A stretch of DNA of 64,000 bases from Octopus vulgaris. Taxonomy: Eukaryota. Below are positions 28,241 through 41,768 of this stretch, piece by piece. The translations under genes and the position numbers were made by a program. The first letter of the stretch is position 1. The number at the start of each line of letters is the position of its first letter. The stretch lies in the NCBI GenBank assembly GCA_951406725.2, contig OX597827.1, positions 40,238,001 through 40,302,000 on the forward strand. Reading direction: 5' to 3'. The notes under the pieces were generated by a model. That model made no database searches and was not told the DNA's origin. It saw only the letters and a list, made by a program, of their open reading frames with translations.

Positions 28241-29694
28241 CTTTCATTGAACTTCTATTAAAAATTTTCATTTATCTATGGTTACCTGGGAAATGCTTAG
28301 CTACTTAAGCCAGGAATTTTCTACCTACTGTACACCCAACATTTTTTTATATGCTACTTTATAAGGAATATTATCACTTATCTACTAATCTATTTTTGTA
28401 ATTTCACCTGTGAAGCCCAGTATCCTATATTCTGACCTAATTACTTTTTCCAATGTCTTCTAGAAGTGCTAATTACATTTATCACACATATTTATTCCTA
28501 TTTCATGTTTATACAAAGATAATCATTTCTTTTGCATACCTCACATCATAACATAAAGAAGAAATGGTAAGGAACTCATCTATACCCCTTTGAATATGGG
28601 AGTATGAGTGACCTTCTTTCTCACCTTACTCATACTCCTGGATTTCATGCAGTTCAACATAAAACATTTAATGGATTTTACACCCTTTCCACAATTAATG
28701 CTATACCTCACTACCATTCTGCAGCACAATACTTACACAGCTTTTTATTTTCAGAAAGAATCCTTTTGCAAATGAGAGCAATGTTCCCTGTGGCACTCCA
28801 TTCAGGAAATTACAACTTCTGGAAATGATGCTCCTGTGCACTACAAAGGCTTGATAATTTAGTGTTGAGTATTTTTTTATGTATCATAGATTGAGGAAAA
28901 TGAGGCCAAAACTTTATTGTTGTTAATAGTAGTTAGGATGGTATGAGAGAGAGGTTTTTGTCTTGTTTTTTTTTTCTGAAGCCATCTTGTATTCCTTGTG
29001 CTAGGTTCATAAATTGAGGTTTGAATCCATGTTATTGTGACTTAGAGATCTGGAGAGAGGTGTATATGGATTAATGGTGTCAAGAATTAATCTTTCTAAA
29101 ATTTTCAAGACAGGAATAAGGTGATGAGTTTGTATGATGTTACTTCACTAGAAATTTTGCTTGGATCTAGAATTGCTACAATTTTGCTCAATTTCTGAAT
29201 TTTGTAAATTTGATCTTGTTGGTATGAATGGTTGTGGTGATGTGAAGTGTTTAAGGTGCATATTTATTTGTAATATTACCTAGCCCAGAAGAGCTGAGGT
29301 TTAGATTTTCACATTAATTTCTCAATGTCTATTAAAAGGAAGGGATCAAAAACTATGTGTAAGGTACATATTTTTCATTTTGTGTTCCTGTTTTCTTTGT
29401 ATGATTTTTAATAACTAATAAGATATCTGATGAAGGTGTACGCTTGATGTTTCAGTGTGAGTATATCTTAATGAAATATGTAATGTGGTGTAGCCATTAT
29501 TATTGTTTGTGCAACGTTTTGCAGATTTTGTGGTTTCTGTTGGATAAAAATGTTTGCCAATTTTGATTTCCCTGAGTTAATTAATCAAGGTTACTATTTC
29601 CTCTATTTTAAGGTCTTCTTTGGCGAGCTCTGTGATATATACACACACACACTATTATGAGCATGCTAAACAGCAAGAATGAATATACATTCTT

Positions 29695-29865
29695 TAACTT
29701 GCTTCATTCATTTGACTGGGGCAATGCTTTAGTTGAGCAAATCAACCCCACGACTTATTCTTTGTAAGCCTAGTACTTTTTCTATTAGTCTCTTGCTGAA
29801 CCGCTAAGTTACGGAGATGTAAGCACACCAGCATCAGTTGTTAAGTGATGTTGGGGGGGACAAAC

Positions 29866-29896
<31 letters not shown>

Positions 29897-30050
29897 CACG
29901 ATGGGCTTCTTTCAGTTTCTGTCTACCAAATCCACTCATAAGGCTTTGGTCGGCCTGCGGCTATAGTAGATGCCCAATATGCCACACAGTGGGACTGAAC
30001 CCAGAACGATGTGGTTGGTAAGCAAGGTACTTACTACACAGCCACACCTA
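29695..30050 (-). mobile_element. tRNA-derived SINE ('gtggctgtgtggtaag' family)
   Basis: Reverse-complement match to the copies at 30799-31160 and 47429-47570; internal (TA)n. Confidence 0.8.
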
Positions 30051-30574
30051 AAAATAATTACTGCAAAGAAGTAATCTTGATCTCCAACTTTATGTGGAGG
30101 CTGTATTAGAACACAGAAACTGTATTTATTTACCTTGAAAGGACTTGTAGTGCATTAAAAACACTGGACATTATATCATGGACAGTAAAGAATCATCTGC
30201 CACTGCTGGTATGGATTCCTCAGTGACAGATGTTCAGCAGCAATGTAACAGCTGAATCTCCCATCAATGACACAATAGGATCATTGTGTCTTTGCTGGCA
30301 CTAGTGTTAAAAATAAAACATAAGCAGTATTAATACTAAAAAATAATCTTGATCTCCAACTTAGCATGGAAGTTGAGTTGGAACACATTCTCTTCCTGAG
30401 CAAAACACTTGCTCTGTGATCATTTCCACATCTAATGTGTGGCACTTCATGCACCAGTACAGGTTATGTCGATTTGGTGGGGAGAGTGAGCACAAGAATT
30501 TGATCACAATAAACAAAACTTCTGTGCAGGTTGTCTAGCAAGAAATTGCAGAACTGTGATCTTTTCTACTCTGA

Positions 30575-30745
30575 GCACAAGGCCTGAAATTTTGGGGAAG
30601 GGGGCCAGTCAATTAGAGCAACCCCAGTAAGCAACTGGTACTTAATTTATCGACCCTGAAAGGATGAAATGCAAAGTCAACCTCGGCGGAATTTGAACTC
30701 AGAACCTAAAGACAGACGAAATACCACTAAGCATTTTGCCCTGCC
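30575..30745 (-). mobile_element. SINE (second family, core 'gtcgactttgcctttcatcctttcggggtcgat')
   Basis: Same core as the copies at 48680-48905, 56045-56225, 60470-60675 and 8030-8240. Confidence 0.75.
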
Positions 30746-30798
30746 ATCTGTCATTTACAATAGATAAGTCCATAATATTTGAGCATCTACATATATAT

Positions 30799-31160
30799 AG
30801 GAGTGGCTGTGTGGTAAGTAGCTTGCTTACTAGCCACATTGTTCCAGATTCAGTTCCACTGCGTTGCACCTTGAGCGAGTGTCTTCTACTATAGCCTTGT
30901 AAATAGATTTGGTAGACAAAAATTGAAAGAAGTCCGTCATATATAGTTATATGTGTGTGTGTGTGCTTGCATCTGTGTTTGTCCCCCACCATTGCTTGAC
31001 AACCGATGTTGGTATGTTTATGTCCCCATAACTTAAGCAGTTTGGCAAAAGAGACTGATAGAATAACTACTAGGCTTACAAAGAATAAGTCCTGGAGTCG
31101 AGTTGTTCGACTAAAGGCAGTGCTCCAGCATGGCCACAGAATGACTGAAACAAATAAAAG
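30799..31160 (+). mobile_element. tRNA-derived SINE, near full length
   Basis: 'ggagtggctgtgtggtaagtagcttgc' head, body 'gtgtcttctactatagcc', 3' end 'atgactgaaacaaataaaaga'. Confidence 0.85.
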
Positions 31161-32589
31161 AATATATATATGTATATAATTCAGCAATGTAACTGCTGTT
31201 GGTGATTTCTTTCCATTCTTTGGACTTTTCCCTTTCTCCTGTCTGACAAAGAGCTATGCTCAAATCATTAAACTCTCTCTTTTTACCACGTGTCAAGCTA
31301 ATACATTCCTTGTGCACATCCTCTTGTCTGTTAATTTTATTATTCATTTATTTGAATTGACTATATATATATATATTGTCTATTCTTATGTATTTGAGTT
31401 GCCAGTTTTTGTTTTTATAACTTGCATTTCTGGTGTGCAATTCTCTGTTAGTTTATATCAATTGTATTTATGTATTGGATGCCTAATTTTATGTATGTTA
31501 TGAAGCTTTTTTCTGCCTAAACTGATCTAGGTACAATTAGATTTATAGTGCTTGATTTAATGCTGAGACAGTAAAGATGAATCTTGCATTGATGCTACAT
31601 AAAAAGTTAAATGTGATAATTAAAATGTTTTAGTTCCATAAAGGTGTTTTTAGGCCATTAATGTAGAATTATTTTTAAACTTTTGTCATTCTTATGAAGT
31701 TTATTGTATGTAAAGTGTTCTTTCTGTAAAGTATTCTGTTCGGAGTTGTGACAATGTGAAGGGAGATAATAATAGCAAATCACTTACTTTCCTTGATATT
31801 GTTTCTGTAAATGCATATTGCTTTTTTTTTTTTCTTTTTTGTAAATGCGGTTTGTATTTTCATACCTTTGCAAAACACATTTTTAGAGATTTTAACAGTT
31901 TGTTTTCTGTAGAGTTACGGTTTCTCTTTCTTTCTGACCCCACTTGGACATGTTATGAAAAGTACTTTTGTGTGATGAATACAAAGTGCAGGCATGGTTC
32001 TGTGGTAAGAAGTTTCGCCCACATGTGGGCAAATGTTTCCCCTGCTACAGTTACAGGCTGGCCAAAAGCCTTGAGTGGATTTGGTAATCAGAAATCGAGA
32101 GAAGCTCATCATGTATGTGTATATACATATATATATCTAAACATACCTGTGTCAGTGTTTGTCCCCCTCCCACCACTTAACAACTGGTGTTAGTGTGTCT
32201 ACATTCCTCTGAGTGGTTTGGCAAGAGACCGATAGAATAAGTACCAGGCTTGAGAAGGTAAGTACTGGGACTGATTTGTTTTGGCTAAATTTCTTTAAGG
32301 CGGTGCCCCAGCATGGACACAGTCTAATAACTGAAACAAGTAAAAGATAAAAGATATATATTGTTCACTCAATATTCAAGATATGAAGGGCTACGTTCTG
32401 AGTTCAAATTCCACCAAGATCGACTTTGCCTTTCATCTTTTCGGGGAACGATTAAATATGAACCAGTTATGCACTGGGATCAATCCCTTTGCCTGTCCCC
32501 TACCATGTTTAGCCCCTGTGGGCAATAAGGAAATATTCAGGATATGATCATGTCCCTTTTTCTGGCATATTGTATTCAGGGTTACTTTA

Positions 32590-33765
32590 GTATATATTCT
32601 TTTGTTTCAGTCGTTTGACTGGCCATGATGGACCACCACCACCTTTAGTCAAACAGATTGACCCCAGGACTTATTTTTTAGCCTAGTACTTATACTGTCG
32701 GTCTCGTTTGCCAAACACACCAACATTGATTGTCAAGTGATGTTGGGGGCACAAACATACTCTTTTACTCGTTTCAGTCATTTTGACTGCAGCCATGCTG
32801 GAGTACTGCCCTTAGTTGAGCAAATAAACCCTAGGACTTATTCTTTGTTAGCCTAGTACTTATTCTATCTGTCTCTTTTGTCGAACCACTAAGTTACGGG
32901 AACGTAAACACACCAGCATCGGTTGTCAAGCAATGTTGGGGACACACGTACACATGCATATATATATTTTTATATCACGTGACCGACCAGACCATCAGAT
33001 GTTTTAGCCTTTCAATGACGCCACCAGAAGAGTGAAAGAGTGGTGAAAGAGTACAGCAGGGATCACCACCCCCTGCCGGAGCCTCGTGGAGCTTTTTAGG
33101 TGTTTTCGCTCAATAAACACTCACAACGCCCGGTCTGGGAATCGAAACCGCGAGTCCGCTGCCCTAACCACTAGGCCATTGCGCCCCCACATATATATAC
33201 ATATACGACAGGCTTCTTTCAGTTTCTGTCTAACAAATTCACTCACAAGGCTTTGGTCGGCCCCAGACTATAGTAGAAGACACTTGCCCAAGGTGCCATG
33301 CAGTGGGACTGAACCCAGAACCACGTGGTTGGTAAGCAAACTACTTAAGTTAATTTTTTGGCTCAAAAAGCAAGGCCATGGAGGGTGTTCATGCCATTTC
33401 TGGTCAAGAGAGACTTTGAACCGAGTGGTTGTCGGCATCTTCTCTATCTCATCTGGCAGCTTACTCCACGGATCCGCAACCCAGACGGAGAAAGCCCATC
33501 TTCTTCGATTGAGATGAAATCGTCGCAGCTTTTCGGAGTGGCCCCGCAGCTGACGCTCTGGAGTAGGAGTGAAGAACAGCTCTTACCACACAGCCACTCC
33601 TGTACGACAAGCTTCTTTCAGTTTCTGTCTACCAAATCTACTCACAAGACATTGGCCAGCCCAAAGCTATAGTAATAGACACTTCCTCAAAGTGCCATAC
33701 AGTGGGACTGAACATGGAACTATATGGCTGGTAAGCAAGCAACTTACCACACAGCCACTCCTGCA
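32590..33765 (-). mobile_element. Nested cluster of SINE copies of at least two families
   Basis: Repeated SINE 3' halves (32595-32760, 32765-32945), a tRNA-head SINE (32975-33190) and two SINE 5' halves (33205-33345, 33602-33762). Confidence 0.8.
33347..33577 (-). mobile_element. 5'-truncated CR1-clade LINE 3' end inserted into a SINE head
   Basis: Minus strand reads LRGHSEKLRRFHLNRRRWAFSVWVADPWSKLPDEIEKMPTTTRFKVSLDQKW, the CR1-type C-terminus (RGH..KL ... W..LP); the SINE resumes after it with an imperfect duplication ctactta/ctctta. Confidence 0.75.
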
Positions 33766-34126
33766 CATATATAAACCACGTGAATTGTTGGAGATTTCCT
33801 TCCTTTCTATTGGACTTGCCTGTTTTTGAAGAAAAGCATTGCTCAAAACTTTAAACCAGCTTTCTTTCTTTCCCTGAGCGTTTCCTAATACTTTACATGT
33901 ACCAGGTTCTCGTGTTGTTTTTTGTTTTTGGATTTACTATATATAAAACTTTTTGGCATTTAACAAAATGTAAGTTTTTTTTTATTGATTCAACAATTCA
34001 TTTGTTGACAACAGTATTACTGACACTTTTGTTACTCTAACAAGTATATCATTACAACTGCCTTCTGCATTATATTATCCATATGACAAACTGAAGATCA
34101 TAAAATTATTTCCATATGTACTTTAA

Positions 34127-34490
34127 CTCTCTTTACACTTTCATTTGACTGGCCATGCTGGAGCACCGCCCTTAGTCGAGCACACCAACCCCAGGACTTA
34201 TTCTTTGTAAGCCTAGTACTTATTCTATCAGTCTCTTTTGCCAAACTGCTAGGTTACAGGGATGTAAACACACCAGCATCAGTTGTCAAGTGATGTTGGC
34301 GGAACAAACAGACATACAAGCATACATACGATGGGCTTCTTTCAGTTTCCATCTACCAAATCCATTCACAAGGCTTTGGTTGGCCCGAAGCTATAGTAAA
34401 AGACACTTGCCCAAGGTGCCACGCAATGAGACTGAACCCAGAACCATGTAGTTCACAAGCAAGCTACTTACCACATAGCCACTCCTACAC
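34127..34490 (-). mobile_element. tRNA-derived SINE, near full length
   Basis: Reverse complement of the 30799-31160 family. Confidence 0.85.
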
Positions 34491-35754
34491 CTGATATCCC
34501 AGTTCTCCATACCTTCTGTACTGCAAGTGCACATTATCAAATTCAAAGCTGCCTCATTCCAATTTCCTTTCTCTTCATAATCTTTTTTACGGTTTGCTTA
34601 AAATAATATATTGCGTGCTATATGTGTTTGCTAAATTATTATTTCATTTACTTGTGGTCCAAATTATGCTTGCTCTGCACACTAACCCAGCTTGTACCTT
34701 CAAGTGTAACCCCTCCAAGCTATTCAGCTACTTCTGGTTTTCTTAGCATCAAAGCCCTTTTCCAGACCTACAAATGTAGTGGTATTTTTTTTAGCTTAGA
34801 ATAGGCATGGTCAACCTTTTTGAAGTGGGCTGTATAATACGTAGTTCATCAGGCAGAACTGCATTACTAAGAAAAAATCCAAGGTGATTTTTTGTTAGGT
34901 GTGCTACAGCTGGCTGATAAAATCAAACTAATGACCACTGAAAAAAAATATTGTCACAGGAGTCAGTAGAGAAAAATATTGTGTTGTTAGCACAGTGATG
35001 TACAGCCTGGTAGCCAAGAAGGAAATAACATGACAATGAAGACCTTAGCGCTACGTGGACAACCTGCTAGAAATAGCTAAATCCAAACTACACCCTACCA
35101 TTTTAATGTGTCCTTGGAAAAAAAAAATATCAATGCTTATTTTCCATGCTAACATGGGTTGGATGGCTTGACAGGAACTGACATGGCCAGGGTCCAAAGC
35201 AGGCACCATGGTATTTTGGCTGGATGTCCTTCCTAACAACCACTTTACAGTGTGCTGGGTGCCTTTTACATGGCACCAGCACTAATGCTTAGATGGCACA
35301 TTGACCTTCTCGAGTACAGCAATGTCTGAAAGTAAGGATATTCCTGGCCAATGTGCCTTTGATTATAGACCTACCTGATTAATCCTTTTGATACCAACTC
35401 ATCTGAGACACCCCCCACTATCATATACTTCCTGTTTTAAAGTGACATAAATTAAAGCCTCCCATCAAAATTTCATGTTAATTTATGATCCAATCACTGG
35501 ATCCATCATCCATTGTCATTTACCATCTGTCTTCTATGCTGGCATGGGTTGGACAGGAACCCGTAAGCCAGAGAATTACTGTAGCAATCTCTACTATCAG
35601 TTTTGGCATGGTGTTTATGGCTGGATGCCAACTATATCAGAGTGGATAAATGTCAAAGGTATTTTATTTAATTCATTATTTTCATATTTAATTGAAACAA
35701 GGACAGTAAGTTTCAACAGAAATATAGTAATGAAAAGTTTAAGCTAACTTAGGG

Positions 35755-36870
35755 ATAAACAATAGGAAACCAAGTATCTCAGCAACAATTTCGATCAATT
35801 GATCACAAATCCCTTCAGGTAGATGGCTCTGCTTGATTTGTAGAAACTCCATAAGATGCACCTGATATAAGCTTTGGACACATAAATGGCGCAGCAATAT
35901 CAGAGAAAGGTTAACAGGGAAACTGGCTTTTCTATGTGGAAAATGCAGATACAATAAATGTTGAAAATAGATTCAATCAACTGCCTGGGAGCAAGCTAAA
36001 GGTAATAGATAGCTTCCGTTATCTAGGCGACCAAGTTAGTGGAGGTGGATGATCCGAGAGCATAGCTGTGAGAATAAGATTAGGCTGGGCTAAGTTCAGA
36101 GAACTCCTACCTCTGCTGGCAACAAAGGGCCTCTCAGTAAAAGGCAGATTGTATGATGCCTAGCCATGCTGCATGGCAGTGAAACATGGGTTGTGACAGT
36201 CGAGGATATGCGTAGGCTTAAAAGAAATGAAGGGCAGCATGCTTCATGGGATGTGCAATGTCAGTGTGCATGTTCAACATAGTGTAAGCATCTTGAAAGA
36301 AAAGTTAGGCATAAGAGGTATCAGGTGTGGTGTGCAAGTATGGTCATGTGATGCATATAGCCAAGCACAGCTGTGTAAAGAGATGCCGATCTCTAACAGT
36401 GGAAGGAACCTGTGGTAGAGGTAGATCGAGGAAAACATGGGATGAAGTGGTGAAGTATGATCTTCAAACTTTGAGCCTCACAAAGGAAATGACCAGTGAC
36501 TGAGACCTTTGGCAATATCCTGTACTTGAGGAGACCTGTCAAATGAAGTGAAATCGTAGTCATAACTAATCTTAGTTCACTTAACTGGTAGAGCGCTGTT
36601 TGAGCATTGGGCCTCATGAAGGCAATGACTATTGCTGAAGAAGACACACCAAGCCGAGCAAAATTGCCATCATGGCAGATACCAGTGTCATGCAAATAGC
36701 ACCCATGCCAGTGATATGTAAAAGAACCCATTACACTCTCGGAGTAGTTGGCATCAGGAAGGGCATCCAGCTGTAGAAAACCATGCCAAATCAGACAGGA
36801 GTCTGGTGCAACCTTCCAGCTCTGGTCAAACCATCAAACCTATATCAGCATGGACACATTAAATGATGAT
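35755..36870 (+). mobile_element. RTE-clade LINE 3' fragment
   Basis: DSFRYLGDQVS, GWAKFRELLPLL and LHGSETW; same 3' UTR as the other copies, ending 'ggacacattaaatgatgat'. Confidence 0.85.
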
Positions 36871-37090
36871 CACCGTTTCAAATTTTGGCAGAAATCCAGT
36901 AATTGCAAGTCAGTTACATCAAACACACTGACACTTTATCAACCTTAAAACAATGAACATGAGTTGGGAGAAATGTTACTAAGCATGTTGTTCAATGTGC
37001 TGATTCAGCTAGCTTGTCAAAACAATCAATCATGATAGCTGATCCTTAATAAAGTCGCTTACCATAACCTACCCCTTAGACCCTTTAAAT

Positions 37091-37263
37091 CAGTGGTCCC
37101 AAAACTTTTTCAGGCCACCACCACCCATCACAAATCCCAACCATCTTCTGCAGCAAATTCAAGACAGTATTTTACAAATAAAACTTAAACTGAAGTAACC
37201 AATGCTTTCCTTCAAAGCTCCCCATCCACTGGATCTTTTCGCTGCCCACTTTGGGAACCACTG
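37091..37263. mobile_element. hAT (Charlie-like) MITE
   Basis: TIRs cagtggtcccaaa / tttgggaaccactg; imperfect 8-bp TSD ctttaaat / ctgtaaac. Confidence 0.65.
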
Positions 37264-39036
37264 CTGTAAACGTTAAAAACAAACCCTATGTAATGTGACA
37301 TACAGAGAGAAGGAAAATTACAGCCAAGAGTCCATTAGACATGTGAAACAGGTATAGGTATGTGGAGCAAAAAAAGAGGTAGAAGAAATCATGTCTCAGT
37401 ATAGTATTGTCAATGAACTGTTCACAATCAGCTGACTGGCCTTTCAGATGACACAGCAGCATTGTTTCTGATTTATTTTCAGAATCAACAATGAATTAAA
37501 GCTTAGTGATCTTGAAACCTATTCATTGGGATGCACCTTTGACAATGGTTAAATACCAGAGATGCTTAAGTTACACACTGTTCTTAAGCAGTGCAATATT
37601 TGATTTTTTGATTACTTGATGTTGCTGAAAGAAATGAGTGTATGTACCTATTGAAAATTTCTGTTCAAAGTACTGCATCTTAGGAGATACCATTATAACT
37701 AAAAATAATAATGGTTTCATTTCTGATACCCTTAACTCACTCATAATTCTTTTTTGTTGCCACAAATTTTATTCCTTGGTATTACACATTTGCATTCATC
37801 TATCTTTTTCCTACTAAGCGCAGAGAATATAGTAAAATTTATCTAGTATGCATTCTTATCTCCAAAATACCAAATGTTTATCTTTTTAGTAATTCTCATT
37901 AGTTTTGAAATACTTTGGTGAAAAACTGATGCCTTTAGAGTTGGTACCACAAAAGAAAAAGTACTCAGTACTCTTTGATCTCTAAATCAAATTGAGCAGC
38001 AACAATGCAGAGGTTGAAAAGGCTCTTTAATGTTGCCAATGTTAAAGCACTATCTACAGTACTGCGCTACAAAGACATGCACTCAATACACTGTGAAGTG
38101 GTTGGTGGTGAGAAAGAAATCCAGCAATAGAAATCTTAAGAGATTGGAGCAGGATGTAGGTCATTACTCTGTTGTATCGTGTCAAACTATCCAACCTAAG
38201 CCATCAGAGGTTGATACAGTAAATGTGAAACAAGTATTGGGAGCGAAGGGGAGGGGATATAAATGGCTATCAACCCAATACATACAATGTATGGCCTTGT
38301 GGATAAAATAGAAATCATTATTATTAAGCGGGAAAGTGGTAGAAGTAATGGGGTTGATGGTATCAACTAACTCCCTGAAAATCTATGGCATATCTACAAA
38401 ATCTTTAACATTTTGTTTTGAGATCTACTGATAATGAAGCTATTATGCTATGGGTATAATGTTTACTTATTTAAACAATTTTTCAAGTCTCCTTTTCCCT
38501 GGGTCAGATGAGACTGTGTTGTTTACTAAGCTGGATGCTCTTTCTGGTACCGACTCACACTTGTTTCAAAACAAGAGAATAACCCCACCAATCTATTGAG
38601 CAATCAACACTCTGTGCATGATTATATGAAGAACTTGTAAGAAACAACAACTTTTGTATGATCCACACAATGTCAGGAAGTTCAGACATACTTTCAGTGG
38701 ACTGCAAGCAAACAACACTGTCTATATGAAGCAAATGCAGAAAGACAAACTTGTCCACAAGTATGTTAACACACAAGCTTCTGCAGTTTCTTTCTAATAA
38801 TTTCACAAGGCATTTGATTAACCTGTGACTACAGTAGGACATGAGCCAAGGGTCCACAGTAGGATGGAATGCATAATCATGTTTTCAGAAGTAAATTTCT
38901 TAACCAAACAGCCATGCCCGTGTCTAAATAACTCAATTCAAAATTTTATATATACATGAAAATAAAGAAAACAAACAAATCAGTTGTGTGTCTGATAAAA
39001 GAAATACAAGAATAATAATCACCTCGCTCGAGGTAG

Positions 39037-39042
39037 TTTATT
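39037..39042 (-). terminator. RPS3A polyadenylation signal
   Basis: AATAAA 2 nt after the TAA stop on the minus strand, followed by a U-rich downstream tract. Confidence 0.7.
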
Positions 39043-39044
39043 AT

Positions 39045-39359
39045 TTAAACCGAGTCTAGTACAGGTGGCTCATAACCCTCTGGTCTGGAAACCTTCTCTC
39101 CAGTTTCTGTGCCAGATGCACCAGTCGTGCTCTTGCCTTCACCATGCAGCTCCATCAATTTACCAAGATCAAATTTGGGTTTCTTCAATACTTTCACCTT
39201 CCTGATGAAGACATCGTGGAGAGGGTAGATACCTTGACAAGCCTTTTCAATATCCTTGCCAATACTATCAGGGATGAGTTTGTTGACCACTTCTTTCATG
39301 TCATTAGCAGTGACCTCCCGGGTGATGATCTCAACCATCTTTTTCCTGATTAGTTTTAC
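39045..39359 (-). CDS. RPS3A: 40S ribosomal protein S3a (eS1), coding exon 2
   Basis: Acceptor ttttatag|GTA; [16 protein letters not shown]...[31 protein letters not shown]...[10 protein letters not shown]; 315 nt; spliced protein 264 aa. Confidence 0.97.
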   Translation of the reverse strand, partial: VKLIRKKMVEIITREVTANDMKEVVNKLIPDSIGKDIEKACQGIYPLHDVFIRKVKVLKKPKFDLGKLMELHGEGKSTTGASGTETGEKVSRPEGYEPPVLDSV

Positions 39360-41768
39360 CTATAAAATGCAATAAAATGTAAATATATAACATACACGCA
39401 ACACAAGAAAATATGCACACAATAAAGATGACAGGATACAGGATCACAAGCTCCTTGCATCTTGCTGCCAGTATACTAAGTAGCTAAACTCTCAAACAAC
39501 CTCTGTGAATTGGGATGGATACAGTTCATTTGAATGCAGGAGACCAATAACAACAAACATTTTGCTTCACATGGTTTACTTTCTAAAACATTCATGTTTA
39601 TTATTGGCCTGCAATGGATGATATGATTGTTGTATTGTCACTATTCCCAGTAAATAGGAATACTGGATTGTTTAATTACTTTTGTGGTCCTGAAGCAAAT
39701 ATTTGGTATAGTATGCTATCCACACCAAATATTCAGTGGATACAAGGGAATAACCTAACTACAATACCTCTAGTTTTTTTTATTTTTTATACAAAATTTC
39801 CAGAAATCTTTGTTCTACAAGAAGTTACTATAACAATGACAAGATATCTATTGTTTGCTATCCAGCCTCAAAACTAATCATTATTTTAATTAAGTCATAT
39901 CATCTTGGTGTTGATGGGATTTCTTCCTGAAACAACCCTGCCAGAACTTCTGTATTTGTAATTAGCAAAGACAAAAGAATCCTGAGGCTCCAGTCACTAA
40001 CTTGATGCATGGTCAAGATGAATATAAATTTGTTGTGTTGCAATACCACCCAGCCCAGCTGTAAACCAGTAGTGGTGAAATATGCACAAACTTCCATAAT
40101 CTCTTCAATCCTTTCTCAGTTCTAGGATTGAAAGCATCTCAACGTTGACCAACCAACTTGTCTTTTTACAGACAGTAAATTACACAAACAGCCTCTTCGC
40201 TTTTAGTGCAAGTATGAGTGAAATGAAAGGATGGTTGACAACAGAGAATCAGTGCAACGCCAGCAATTATCTGCCACAGGGGACTTGTATCTCTTACAAA
40301 TTGACGATTAAGGTCTTTCTTATTTAAAAAAAACACATGTACAATAGAGTAACATAAATTTGGGGTAAAGTAGTCGAATGCGAACGTAAACAACGACTTT
40401 CTGTACGAAACAGAAGGGACCACACGAAGCGACATCGAAAGCTAAAACAGAAAATTAAATTGAAGATTTTCGAAATTCAAGCTGTAAGAAACTAATTATT
40501 TGAAATTTTTGGCGAGAATATTTTCGAGGTCATCTACAACCTCCTCCCCCATGAAATCAACAATCTGAATGTATTTGGTCAGAAAACAATTAGAATACCT
40601 AGCAAAAAGTCATCCGTAAATTATATTCTGATATTATAAAAAGAAAAAGCCTAACTTTGTAACATTCATTAAATATTCGTCGTAACTATACACTTAGCTT
40701 CAACCGACTCATTAACTACAACAAAACGCAGGCAATTCGGTAAAAATGGGATTAGGATTAGAAGTCTTTATATCCATTCTTAATTTTTATTTGATCGATT
40801 GTAGACGATAGAGAAAGGAAAAGTAAATTTCAACTTTAGAATAATATGGATTAACAAAAATTGGGCCTCACGTCTTCCACATTCCCTTAGTATATTTTTA
40901 CCCGTATGAAAATGCTGTTACACTATCAGCTGCTTTACAGTGTCCTGCATACATGCATTTAAAATTTATTTTCGATAATCACAAATATTAAAGAATATAA
41001 TAAAAATACAAGTACACACACGTGTTTCGTCCACAGTCGAAGTTATTTTTGTTCGATGGATGGCTCCGTACTATGTGAGGGTAATCATAAGAATACTTCA
41101 ATATGCGTTGAAAGATTACTTTTTATTTTAACAATTTTTATTGTATTAACATGATTGTTACTCAAAAATTAACCAAACGAACTAATTCTACCGCATAGAA
41201 ACGGTAATAAAATCAGAAAAATACATCAACACCAGAAGCCGGCCGGTTGTCCTGTAATTTAAACACGCTATGTAAAATTCCTTCGGTAATCTATTCATTA
41301 CAATCTAAATAAGAAAATCCGATTTCCAATAATTATTTTCAAAAACACTGTTTATTTAGCAATGGAAATTCCATTTCCTAGGTCCTTCTTTCACATATGA
41401 ACGAATTTTGAAAATCTCCTACCACACTGATAATGTAAATGTAACAGAAACAGCATGTCAATCTTAATTAGTCAGTGTAAAGTTTTGTCGATAATCCAAA
41501 GGTTTAAAAGAAAATCTTTTACAGGCGGAAGTATTGCACCGAACAATTAATATTCCCAATGATTTTGTAAAAAACAAAAAAATGCTTTTCATACATAAAT
41601 CGTCGCCTCGTAGCGCTGACATTTGTTGAAGATTTACCCCTCAGATAGATACCTAATGTTAAGCAACAACGATATTAGACTGCATAAATTACAATAATTA
41701 TAATAAAAACATGGATTTAAGTGCAACAATTATCATCATAATCGCAGGGGAAAAAATAACAAACTTAC

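Noticed and set aside
30699-31187. 162-aa minus-strand ORF (and similar ORFs at 9011-9466, 33086-33829 and 31756-32193)
   Set aside because: These are chance translations of SINE sequence and microsatellites.
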